Position numbers and translations under genes: made by a program
The notes under the pieces: generated by a model
Seen by the model: the letters and a program-made list of their open reading frames with translations, nothing else
What the model was told of the DNA's origin: nothing
Databases searched by the model: none
In this document: positions 21,000-30,265 of the stretch, piece by piece
How the letters are laid out: each line of letters opens with the position of its first letter
How positions within the stretch are numbered: the first letter of the stretch is position 1
DNA from: Arcobacteraceae bacterium
Lineage (GTDB): Bacteria > Campylobacterota > Campylobacteria > Campylobacterales > Arcobacteraceae
NCBI GenBank assembly: GCA_048268245.1
Contig: JBLWVX010000001.1
Location: forward strand, 96,001-160,000
Length of the DNA stretch: 64,000 nucleotides
Direction: 5' to 3'

Positions 21000-23105
21000 T
21001 TACCTTTTTATTTTTCTTCTATCTTTTGATACAAGTTTTATGTATAAATTTAAACTATTATTAGTTTGTTCAAACCAAACTTTTGCACCTGCTTTTTCAA
21101 TTAAAAGTTTAGTAATATAAATACTAATATCTTCTTCTTTAATATTTTGATTATTCTCTTCTTCAAAAATATATTTTATAGCTCTATTTTGATTTTCTAA
21201 GTTATCACAATATTTTACTACTATCTCGTCCTTATCATTAATAATTGAAATATCAATAGTTGGATTTTTGAGTTTTTCATTTGAGATTTCATTCAAAGAG
21301 TTTTTTATTAAATTCTCAATAATATGTTTGAATTCATTATGAACTCCATAACATAAAATATTCTCTTTAGAGTTTAAAGAAACTGTAATATTCAATTTAG
21401 AAATATCATCCTTTAAAGAAGAAACTGCTTCTTTTATAACTTCATTTATATTATATTTATCATTACTACTTGTTTTTATAAAATATGATTTAAACTCATT
21501 TAAACTTAAAGATAAAGACTTTAGCTCTTTCTCAATATTTTCACTTAAATTAAAGATTTCTTCTTTTTGTATTTTTGAACTATTTATCTTTGCTTTTAGA
21601 TTTGCCAAATTTATTGAGATATTAGAAATTGGCATCTTCCATTGATGAGCTACTGCATCTAAGACCTTACTCATTAATGCAACTTTTGTATTATCTAAAA
21701 GATTCTTATCTTTCATTTTTATTTCATTTAATCTATTTGACAAGTCTTCTTTTAATAAGCTATTTATTTTCTTTAGCTGCTTTGAGTCTGTAGTATTTAC
21801 CCTAATTGACATATAGCCTATTACTTCATTATTACTATTATATTTTGCAGTAATAGTCCCTTTTACCCAGTATGAATTTGCAAACTTATTTAAGTTTTTT
21901 ATTTCACCTTCCCATTTATGATTTTCTTTTAACTGCTTCCACAAAGCTTCAAAGAATATAGGGGAAACATCTGGATGTCTTAATACATTTATATTCTTAG
22001 AAATAAGCTCTTCTTTTGAATAACCACATATATCACAGAATGCTTGAGTTACATAAGTTATAATACCTTTAGTATCAGTTTCAACCATCACAACATATTT
22101 ATCAATAGCATTTAGAAAGTCTTTATGTTTTTTCTCTAAACTACTTTTAATACTACTTACATTTAAAAATTTATAAACTAAAAATAAAAGCAATATATAT
22201 AAAAACATTACAAACAGTAAAAATAAATTATAGTTTATCTCTATTTGATTATATAAAGACTCTTTTTTATCCAAATAAGCAAAAAGATAAATATCATTAT
22301 CTGATTCTTCTTTTATTGGTATAAAAAAAGCTGGATTTAAAATACTACTATTCTTAAATAACAAACTAAAAGCCGTATTGTTTTTCATTTTTATATTTAT
22401 GTCATTTTTAGAATATTTTTTTATATTTAGAAGAACATCTTTTTGAAGTCTTTTACTTGTATGATTATCATTTTGAATTAAATAATTCTCACTTAATATA
22501 AAAGTTTTATAAGATTTAGAATCTATGTTTTTATTCTTTAAAAGAAAAAAACTATTAAACTCTATATTTTGCATAATTGTTTTGATTAAACTATTAAGAG
22601 AAAACTCTAATTGCATAGTTCCTATAAACTCTAAATCATTGTTAAAAATTGGCTTAGTAAAACTTAGAACACTCTCTTCTTTTAATACTTTAAATCTAAC
22701 TTGCTCTTTTTTAACTTCTTCTTTAGTTAATAAAAGATTGCTTGAAATAAATTTATTCATTCTCAATAAATTATGATTGTTTTTATCATAAAAACTAAGT
22801 TGTTTTAATCCCTTAGATTTTAAGTAGAAGAAATCATCTTTTAAATATTCATAAAGTTTTTCTTTTTGAGTATTTATGAAAAAAGTTTTAATTTGCTCAT
22901 CGTATAAATTATTATAAAAGATTAAATCTGCTTTTTCATAAAATACATTTAAAGCGTTTGTATAAGAGTTTTTAAGTTTTTCTTTTTCTAAAAGAAGAGT
23001 ATTATTTAAACTCTCTTCTTTTTTATTTTGAACTATTAATATAGTGAGTGCTGAAACTGTAATAAAACCTATAAGTAACCTAAACAATAGGTTTTTATTA
23101 ATCAT
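21000..23105 (-). CDS. membrane PAS histidine-kinase-like protein with degenerate ATPase domain
   Basis: TM-periplasmic-TM, PAS, H-box VAHQWKMP, N-box NLIKN; G1 and G2 glycine boxes absent. Confidence 0.8.
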   Translation of the reverse strand: MINKNLLFRLLIGFITVSALTILIVQNKKEESLNNTLLLEKEKLKNSYTNALNVFYEKADLIFYNNLYDEQIKTFFINTQKEKLYEYLKDDFFYLKSKGLKQLSFYDKNNHNLLRMNKFISSNLLLTKEEVKKEQVRFKVLKEESVLSFTKPIFNNDLEFIGTMQLEFSLNSLIKTIMQNIEFNSFFLLKNKNIDSKSYKTFILSENYLIQNDNHTSKRLQKDVLLNIKKYSKNDINIKMKNNTAFSLLFKNSSILNPAFFIPIKEESDNDIYLFAYLDKKESLYNQIEINYNLFLLFVMFLYILLLFLVYKFLNVSSIKSSLEKKHKDFLNAIDKYVVMVETDTKGIITYVTQAFCDICGYSKEELISKNINVLRHPDVSPIFFEALWKQLKENHKWEGEIKNLNKFANSYWVKGTITAKYNSNNEVIGYMSIRVNTTDSKQLKKINSLLKEDLSNRLNEIKMKDKNLLDNTKVALMSKVLDAVAHQWKMPISNISINLANLKAKINSSKIQKEEIFNLSENIEKELKSLSLSLNEFKSYFIKTSSNDKYNINEVIKEAVSSLKDDISKLNITVSLNSKENILCYGVHNEFKHIIENLIKNSLNEISNEKLKNPTIDISIINDKDEIVVKYCDNLENQNRAIKYIFEEENNQNIKEEDISIYITKLLIEKAGAKVWFEQTNNSLNLYIKLVSKDRRKIKR

Positions 23106-23108
23106 CTT

Positions 23109-23483
23109 TTATGACTTTAAAACTTCTAAAACTTTTTTCTCTAATGCACCTAAAGAATCAAAAGGTTTCATAACATAATGAGTTGCACCATGTTTATGAG
23201 ATTTTAAAACTTTATCTAATGTTGAGTATGCAGTCATCATAATAACTTTTTGATTACTATTTATGTTCATTATTTTTTCTAATGTATCTAAACCATTCAT
23301 TTGAGGCATCATAATATCAAGTAATATAATATCATACGAAACATTATTTAATTTATCTATTGCTAAAACTGGGTTTGATTGAGTTGTAACATCAAATTTT
23401 CCACTTCTATTTAAATATCTACTTAACATAGAAAGAATTTCTCTTTCATCATCTACTATTAGAACTCTATATTTTTCATCCAT
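23109..23483 (-). CDS. single-domain response regulator
   Basis: IVDDE, LDIMMPQMNG, MMTAY, KPF. Confidence 0.9.
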   Translation of the reverse strand: MDEKYRVLIVDDEREILSMLSRYLNRSGKFDVTTQSNPVLAIDKLNNVSYDIILLDIMMPQMNGLDTLEKIMNINSNQKVIMMTAYSTLDKVLKSHKHGATHYVMKPFDSLGALEKKVLEVLKS

Positions 23484-23495
23484 TATAAATCCTTG

Positions 23496-24893
23496 TTAAT
23501 TAAAAAGCTTCTTAGCTGCTTCTTTCATTATTGCATCACTTTTCTCTTCTAAAATTTTATCTAAGTAAATAAATACATTTTCACTTGCATTTTCAACTAA
23601 TTCAATTTTATCTTCAATTAATTGTTTAGAACAAGATACAGAATGTCCTGAACACTCTTTTGCAAGTAAATTTGCTTCATCATGAACAACAGCGTGATAT
23701 TTTTCTAAGTGTCTATATGATGGAACAAAACTAAACTCTTCTTTACCAAGTCCTGAATCATACCACTTACCAAGTCTACAATTATGATGATCAACTGCTT
23801 TAAAGCTATGTTCACCACCAAAGATTAATTGATATAAATTATTTTTATAAATCACATGGTCTAATTTTGCAAGATTGATAAAGATTTTATTTGAAATATT
23901 CTCTACTTCATAAACTGATCTATTTGAATTTTTTTGGAATGAAACCATAAGTTCACTTAGTGTATCAACTCTCTCTTTTGTTTCAACCACACCTTTACCT
24001 ACAACTTCTGAACTATTTTTGATTTTTGCTGTATCTGCTTGAATTGAATCTACTACATTTTTAATTTGTGTTGCTGCATCTGCACTTCTACTTGCAAGAT
24101 TTCTCACTTCTTGAGCAACAACTGCAAACCCTTTTCCAGCTTCACCAGCTGTTGCTGCTTCAACTGCTGCGTTTAATGATAATATATTTGTTTGGAATGC
24201 GATTTCTTGAATTAAAGTAATTACTTCTGAAATATCTTTACTTTTTGAAACTAGTGAATTTACAATATCATTTTCTTTTTGGATTTCTTCCCTTAAATAT
24301 TGTGTATCTTCAACTATTTCTTTAGTTAGATTTAATCCCTTAGTTGAACCAGTTGCAGTATCTCTTGACTCTTTAATCATACCTTGTAAATCTTCAAGAA
24401 GTGACATATAAGTATTTTGAGTAGAAGATAAAGAGTTAGTCATATTTTTATTATGTCTTTCTAATAAACCACCCTCTTTATTATCATGAATTGAAGTTCT
24501 TCTTAGTGAAGCAATTTTATAACCATTAAATTCTTTTACAAGAACACTTGCTTCACAATCATCCATAATTAATCTATTACTATTTCTTTTAACTGCATCT
24601 AAAACAACAGAAAAATCAGTAATATTTGCTTTTGCAATATTATTTACAAAATAAACTTCATCATTAGGAGAAAAAACAACTAAACCCTCTTCTTGAGAAA
24701 GCATTGCTGTTTCTTTAAAAAGCTCTAGTTGATTTTTACATTTATTATAATCCTCTTCGTAAGGATTATTATTTAATTGTGTATTCAACTGCTCAATATT
24801 TTTTTCTTTTTGAGCAAGTTGTGCCTTTAGTTCTTCTATTTCTGATTTAAGAGAAACAACTTCATTTTCTAATTTTCTATTTCCAAAAAGCAT
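23496..24893 (-). CDS. soluble methyl-accepting chemotaxis protein with C-terminal CZB zinc-binding domain (TlpD-like)
   Basis: [14 protein letters not shown]...[13 protein letters not shown] hairpin; [23 protein letters not shown]; no TM segment. Confidence 0.9.
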   Translation of the reverse strand: MLFGNRKLENEVVSLKSEIEELKAQLAQKEKNIEQLNTQLNNNPYEEDYNKCKNQLELFKETAMLSQEEGLVVFSPNDEVYFVNNIAKANITDFSVVLDAVKRNSNRLIMDDCEASVLVKEFNGYKIASLRRTSIHDNKEGGLLERHNKNMTNSLSSTQNTYMSLLEDLQGMIKESRDTATGSTKGLNLTKEIVEDTQYLREEIQKENDIVNSLVSKSKDISEVITLIQEIAFQTNILSLNAAVEAATAGEAGKGFAVVAQEVRNLASRSADAATQIKNVVDSIQADTAKIKNSSEVVGKGVVETKERVDTLSELMVSFQKNSNRSVYEVENISNKIFINLAKLDHVIYKNNLYQLIFGGEHSFKAVDHHNCRLGKWYDSGLGKEEFSFVPSYRHLEKYHAVVHDEANLLAKECSGHSVSCSKQLIEDKIELVENASENVFIYLDKILEEKSDAIMKEAAKKLFN

Positions 24894-24982
24894 TAATTAA
24901 CCTTAATAAGTACTTATAAGCAAGAATAATATCTGATTTTTGATAAATGATATATAAAAAATAATAAAAAAACTTGGTTATT

Positions 24983-26125
24983 TTATATATTTCTAGCACA
25001 CCTTATTGCTTCACTAAATGATATTTGAAAGTTGAAACCACCTAATTCTCCAGTAATATCAAGACACTCACCTATAAAATATAGATTTTTTTGCTTTTTG
25101 CTTTCAAAATTATTATGTTGAATTTCATCTGTATTTATTCCACCTTTTGTTACTTCTGCTTTTGTATATCCAAAATTACCAGCAGGTGAAAATTCATAAT
25201 ATTTTAAAAGCTCTAATTTTTCTTTTTCTTCTTTATTTAATTCACTTACAGGTTTATCTTTTAAACCAATAGAGTTTAAAAATTCACTTGTAAATCTTTT
25301 TGCAAAAGGAAGAACTGAAGAGATTTTTTTATTACCTTTTAATAATTTAGATAACTCTGTTTTAGGAAGAAAATCTATAGCTAATTTCCCTTTTTTCCAA
25401 TATAAAGAACTAGTTAAAATTACAGGTCCAGAACAGCCTTTATGTGCGAATAAAAAAGAGCCTTCAAATTTTTTACCATCAACATAGCTATTTACATAAG
25501 TTGAAACACCTGATAAGTTTTTAAACCAAAATTGATCTTTTTGAACAGTAAACCCTACAAGTGCAGGTTCTAACTTTTCAATCGTATGACCAAATTTCTT
25601 AGCAATATCAAAAGCAATAGAACTAGCTCCTAAACTAGCATATGATAAACCACCACTAGCAACTACAACTTTTTTTGCTTCAATTATTTTATGATTTGTT
25701 TTTATTTTAAAAATATCATTTTCATATGAAATATCTAAAACCTTAGTATTTAGATACTTTTTTATGTGCGAAGTTAATTTTGTAAACATGTCTATAACAT
25801 CTTGTGAAGATTTACAAAAGTAAGTTCCTTTTACAATTTTTGGATTAAGATTAGGTTTAACACCATTTTTATTTAAAAACTCTAAAGTCTCATCTTTTGA
25901 GAAATCATTTAATAAACTTTTTACAAGTTCTCTATCACCTAAATAATTCTTCTGAGTTACTAACTCATTTGTGATATTACATTTAGCTCCACCTGAGACT
26001 TTAATCTTTGCACCAATTTTTGCATTTGATTCAATCATACAAACATTTTTAAATACTTTTTTATTTAAATTAGAAGCAAACATCAAACCACTTGCTCCTG
26101 CACCAATAACTGCTATATCGTAGAT
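24983..26125 (-). CDS. HI0933/BaiN-family flavoprotein (NAD(P)/FAD oxidoreductase)
   Basis: KIKVSGGAKCNITN, AEVTKGG, GELGGFN. The frame extends upstream of the ORF call to include IYDIAVIGAGASG; the start codon is uncertain. Confidence 0.85.
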   Translation of the reverse strand: MYDIAVIGAGASGLMFASNLNKKVFKNVCMIESNAKIGAKIKVSGGAKCNITNELVTQKNYLGDRELVKSLLNDFSKDETLEFLNKNGVKPNLNPKIVKGTYFCKSSQDVIDMFTKLTSHIKKYLNTKVLDISYENDIFKIKTNHKIIEAKKVVVASGGLSYASLGASSIAFDIAKKFGHTIEKLEPALVGFTVQKDQFWFKNLSGVSTYVNSYVDGKKFEGSFLFAHKGCSGPVILTSSLYWKKGKLAIDFLPKTELSKLLKGNKKISSVLPFAKRFTSEFLNSIGLKDKPVSELNKEEKEKLELLKYYEFSPAGNFGYTKAEVTKGGINTDEIQHNNFESKKQKNLYFIGECLDITGELGGFNFQISFSEAIRCARNI

Positions 26126-27366
26126 ACTTCATCCTTTTTACAAATAAATCTATTTGTTTTATTTTCATATTTATACTCTAAAGTATAATTGTTTGCTTTT
26201 AAAATATTGAAAATTATATAAAGACCTAATCCAAAAGAGTTTTTATTATTTACTTCTGAACTAAAAAATGGTTCAAAATATTTTTCTAAATCAAATTTTA
26301 AAGGTTCACCCTCATTCTCAAAAATTAAGTCTTCACCCTCACTTTTGATAATAACTTTTTGATTTGGTGAATATTTTAAAGCATTATCAATTAGGTTTTT
26401 AACTGCTATAGAAAATAACTTGAAATTTACTTCTATTTTTTTATTTTCATACTTTTTAATAACATCATCATCCTCAACCATCAAAATATCTTTTGCATTA
26501 TCAACAATATCATCAATAAAATATACTTTTTTCTCTACATTTTTAGTAGAGGAAATCAACTCTTCAATTGAGGCAAATTCATTTATTAAAGATTCAAGTC
26601 TGTTAAAAACTTCTTTTAACTTTTCATCATTTTTATCATTTCTTTCAAGCTCTGCTAAAAACTTTCCTTTTGTAATTGGTGTTTTTAGTTCATGCATTAT
26701 ATTTCTAATAAATACATTTCTTGATTCTTTTACATCTTTTAGTTTTTTAGCTGCATTTTTAAACTCCACTGCTAAAAGTGAAACTTCATCTTTTCCATCA
26801 AGATTACAACACTCAAAATCAAAGTTTTCATCCCCTAAAGTTTTTACTTTATCTTTTAAAATTTTCAGTGGCATTAGTTTTCTAAGTGTGATTAGATACA
26901 TCAAAATAATAGTTATAATGACTATAGCAAATACTAAAATTATGTAAATATTTGAATTATGAGAACTTAAAGTATTATCTTTTACAAGAATAGTCTCACC
27001 TCTTTTTTTCATGTAAATATAATTAAAATCATTTAGTTTTAAAACTCTGAAAATCGTATCTCTTTTTGTTGATTCTCTTTGAATTAGAACTTGTGTTTCA
27101 GGATTGTATGTAATAGCATTTATTTTGCCTTTATTTGTAAAAAGCTCATAGTTATACTCTTTTAAACCTTTAGCAAACTTCATATCTAAACCACCTTTAT
27201 GGTGCTTTGTCATTACTCTTTTTACGATTGGAATATACCTATCTATTAACTCTTTTTCTTGAGTTTTATAATTGTGTGTCATTAATAAAAAGAAACTTAC
27301 AATTACTAAAATAATTGAAATAATGAAACTAACTGTTATTGTGAAAAATATTGATGATCTATTCAT
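26113..27366 (-). CDS. membrane sensor histidine kinase (ArsS-like, HAMP)
   Basis: Two TM helices, RNIMHELKTP, NLIDNALKY, FEPF, GLGLYI. Confidence 0.92.
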   Translation of the reverse strand: MNRSSIFFTITVSFIISIILVIVSFFLLMTHNYKTQEKELIDRYIPIVKRVMTKHHKGGLDMKFAKGLKEYNYELFTNKGKINAITYNPETQVLIQRESTKRDTIFRVLKLNDFNYIYMKKRGETILVKDNTLSSHNSNIYIILVFAIVIITIILMYLITLRKLMPLKILKDKVKTLGDENFDFECCNLDGKDEVSLLAVEFKNAAKKLKDVKESRNVFIRNIMHELKTPITKGKFLAELERNDKNDEKLKEVFNRLESLINEFASIEELISSTKNVEKKVYFIDDIVDNAKDILMVEDDDVIKKYENKKIEVNFKLFSIAVKNLIDNALKYSPNQKVIIKSEGEDLIFENEGEPLKFDLEKYFEPFFSSEVNNKNSFGLGLYIIFNILKANNYTLEYKYENKTNRFICKKDEVSTI

Positions 27367-28040
27367 TGCGTAAATTTATACCCCATTCCTCTTATTGTTT
27401 GAAGATATTTTGGCTCTTTTGGATTATCTTCAATTTTTTGTCTAATTCTGTTAATTATTACAGCCAATGATCCTGAACTTTCATAATCTTGATTTAACAA
27501 ATCAGAATTTTCAAATATCTCTTCCCTTGAAATTACAAAATTTTCTCTTTTAATCATAAGAGATAAAACTTCATATTCTGCTGCTGTAAGTTTAACATAA
27601 TTTTCATTTTTACTTATTTGTTTTTTTTCTTCATCTAGTATAAATTTTTTTACAACTTTAGATTCATTCTCTTTTGTGTGGTTAAATCTTCTTAAAATAG
27701 TTTTTATTCGAACTTCAAGTTCTCTTGGGTCATAAGGTTTTGGTAAGTAGTCATCTGCACCAAGTTGTAAAGCAGTTACTTTATCAGTAATATCACTTCT
27801 TGCACTTGAAATGATAATAGGAATATCAAAGTTTTTTACAATCTCTTTACAAACATCTAAGCCATCCATTCCTGGAAGTGTTAAATCTAAAATTACTAAA
27901 TCAAATTTATTTAACTTCAAAGATGAAAGAGCCATAAATGGCTCTTCATAGTTTGTAACTTCTATATTAAACTTTTTTAGGTATTGAGTTAAAACATCAG
28001 CAAGTTCTAAATCATCCTCTACCATTGCAATTTTTATCAA
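27363..28040 (-). CDS. OmpR-family response regulator
   Basis: VEDD, LDLTLPGMDG, GADDYLPKP, TIRGMGYKF. Confidence 0.95.
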   Translation of the reverse strand: MIKIAMVEDDLELADVLTQYLKKFNIEVTNYEEPFMALSSLKLNKFDLVILDLTLPGMDGLDVCKEIVKNFDIPIIISSARSDITDKVTALQLGADDYLPKPYDPRELEVRIKTILRRFNHTKENESKVVKKFILDEEKKQISKNENYVKLTAAEYEVLSLMIKRENFVISREEIFENSDLLNQDYESSGSLAVIINRIRQKIEDNPKEPKYLQTIRGMGYKFTQ

Positions 28041-28485
28041 AATTCATACCTTTTTTATGTCTCTTTTCATTTTTTAAATCAAGTAATGCTTTAAATTGTT
28101 CTTTTTGTTTAGCATCTAAAATAGCATATATTTTCTCTATTTTTAAAGCTTTTGATTTTATCATATTCTCTCTTTTTTCACTCATAATCTTGATATATTT
28201 TTCTTTATCAAATGAAGTTTTTGTAAAAGCTTCATTTACAGATGTAGTTTTTTTAGACTCCATCATTATCTTTTTTACTTCTTGCTTTTGAGTATCATTT
28301 AAGTTTAGTTTTTTAAGTGTTGAAAAAATTGAACTATGAGCTTTTTTATGTCCCATATGTTTATTCATCATTTTATGACTTTTATTCATATCACATTCAC
28401 TTTTGTTTCCATAAGAAGCAAAAACTCCTGTAGCTAATGTTGTACTTAAAACTAGTGCTGTTAAGATTTTTGTTTTCTTTGTCAT
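28012..28485 (-). CDS. Spy/CpxP-family periplasmic protein
   Basis: Signal peptide, His/Met-rich segment, LNLNDTQKQ and ILDAKQKEQF LTxxQ-like repeats; first gene of the RR-HK operon. Confidence 0.8.
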   Translation of the reverse strand: MTKKTKILTALVLSTTLATGVFASYGNKSECDMNKSHKMMNKHMGHKKAHSSIFSTLKKLNLNDTQKQEVKKIMMESKKTTSVNEAFTKTSFDKEKYIKIMSEKRENMIKSKALKIEKIYAILDAKQKEQFKALLDLKNEKRHKKGMNFDKNCNGRG

Positions 28486-28528
28486 TTTCTATCCTTTTAT
28501 TTTTTATACTAGAATTATGACATTAGCT

Positions 28529-28567
28529 TTTAAATGCTATTTAAATAGTAGTTTAATGTAAGTTTAA
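28529..28567 (-). promoter_or_regulatory. four phased TTAAA direct repeats, putative OmpR-family binding array
   Basis: Plus-strand TTTAA at 28529, 28540, 28552 and 28563 (11/12/11 spacing) upstream of the spy-RR-HK operon. Confidence 0.45.
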
Positions 28568-28581
28568 CGAATAAAGAAGAA

Positions 28582-29151
28582 TTAAAGTATAGACTTTAAA
28601 ACTTCTTTTAATTGTTCAGGGTTTGAGAAATGGTCAACTTTTTTTATAAAGTTACCATTTTTATCAAAAAAGTAAATATATGAAGTATGAGCAACTGAGT
28701 AACCCATAGATGAGTTTTCTAATTCTACTTTTTTATAGTAAGTGCCATATCTTTTTACAATATCATCAATGTTTTCTTTATTTGAAGTTGCACCTTTAAA
28801 AGTTGGGTGAAAATATTTAGCATATGAAGCTAAATCTTCTAGTTTATCTCTGTTGGGGTCTACTGATATAAAAAGACCTTCAAAGTTTTGTTCAACTTTT
28901 TGTTTATCAAAACTATTTAAAGCATGAGCCAGTGAACTTAAAGAAGTAGGACAAACATCAGGACAAAAAGTGTATCCAAAATAAATAGCTAAAACTTTAC
29001 CCTTATAGCTATCTAAACTTATTTTTCCATCTTTTGATTCTACCTCAAATGAGTATTTATTTTTTTCTTTTGTTTCATTTACATATGGTTCAATTAAAAC
29101 AATAATACCTACTGCGATAATAGCTGAAATTAAATATGATAGTTTTTTCAT
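28582..29151 (-). CDS. SCO family copper chaperone
   Basis: YFGYTFCPDVCP, ISVDPNRD, YSVAHTS. Confidence 0.95.
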   Translation of the reverse strand: MKKLSYLISAIIAVGIIVLIEPYVNETKEKNKYSFEVESKDGKISLDSYKGKVLAIYFGYTFCPDVCPTSLSSLAHALNSFDKQKVEQNFEGLFISVDPNRDKLEDLASYAKYFHPTFKGATSNKENIDDIVKRYGTYYKKVELENSSMGYSVAHTSYIYFFDKNGNFIKKVDHFSNPEQLKEVLKSIL

Positions 29152-29154
29152 TTG

Positions 29155-29622
29155 TTACCTTGTTGTTTGAAACTGAAATCTAGCTCCAGTTCTTTCATTC
29201 ATTTTTTCTAAACTTATATCTGCATTCCACTTCATATTACCTACAGGACAAGTAGGAAGAGTACCTGATGCTTCATAAATTCCGTTTCCTAAGTTTTGAA
29301 GTTTTAAATCAAAATATCCCATAAACATATTTGTTGCATAAATATTTAAAGAGATGTTTTCTAAATTTTTTTCATTACTGATTAGTTTGAATTTCAAATT
29401 TTTCATTAGAGGAATATCTTTAGGAAAAACCTCTAAAGTAAACTCTTTTCCATCTTCTAGTACTACTTTACAAGCACTTTTGTGTAAATCACAGTTAGTG
29501 TCTTGAACTGTGTATTTTACTTCCCCTTGAAAGTATTTATAAACTTTATTAAAATCAATAAGAAAATATGCTGCTACAATTGAAACAATTACAGCAAGTT
29601 GAATAAATAGAGTTTTATTCAT
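29155..29622 (-). CDS. membrane-anchored hypothetical protein of the PCuAC/SCO operon
   Basis: N-terminal TM; CDLHKSAC, MFMG and LPTC motifs; lies between PCuAC and SCO. Confidence 0.7.
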   Translation of the reverse strand: MNKTLFIQLAVIVSIVAAYFLIDFNKVYKYFQGEVKYTVQDTNCDLHKSACKVVLEDGKEFTLEVFPKDIPLMKNLKFKLISNEKNLENISLNIYATNMFMGYFDLKLQNLGNGIYEASGTLPTCPVGNMKWNADISLEKMNERTGARFQFQTTR

Positions 29623-29625
29623 TAT

Positions 29626-30123
29626 CTATTGACCACATTTTCCTGCACCACAAGACATTTTTTGTTTATTATTCATTCCGTGGTTTTTCATCATCATTCC
29701 AGCCATTACTTTTTTAACAGGTGCAAAAACTTTTATATTTTGTCCATTTGAGAAGCTTAAATCAACTTCAACTTGCATCTCTTCTTTTAAAGGCTTAGTT
29801 TTTAAATCAATTAACATAATATGAAAACCACCTGGTTTTAAAACAGTACTTGAGTTAGCTTTTATTTCAATTTTTGGAACTTGATACATTTTCATAACAC
29901 CATCTTTCATATCGTGAGTATGTAACTCTACAATATTTGATGCACTTGAAGTTGCACTTACTAAAGATATGTCTTCATTTGAACTATTTGTAATTTCCAA
30001 AAAAGCTGCACTATTTGGAAGACTTGGTGGAGTTGCTCTTACATAAGCATTTTTTACACTTAAAGATGAAGCAAAAAGTGTACTTGCACTTAAAAATAGT
30101 AATGAGAATAATTTTCTTTTCAT
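29626..30123 (-). CDS. copper chaperone PCu(A)C
   Basis: ELHTH-x6-MKM...LKPGGFHIML motif; signal peptide; Met-rich tail ending in CGAGKCG. Confidence 0.93.
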   Translation of the reverse strand: MKRKLFSLLFLSASTLFASSLSVKNAYVRATPPSLPNSAAFLEITNSSNEDISLVSATSSASNIVELHTHDMKDGVMKMYQVPKIEIKANSSTVLKPGGFHIMLIDLKTKPLKEEMQVEVDLSFSNGQNIKVFAPVKKVMAGMMMKNHGMNNKQKMSCGAGKCGQ

Positions 30124-30265
30124 TGGAATTTCCTTTTTCCATAATATATCATTTATGTGTTAATTATATATTAATTATAAACTCTTAACACACTCTTTAC
30201 ATAGAAATAGTATAAATTTAATAGTATCACACTATACTAGGCATAAAAAACTATATGGAAAAAAA

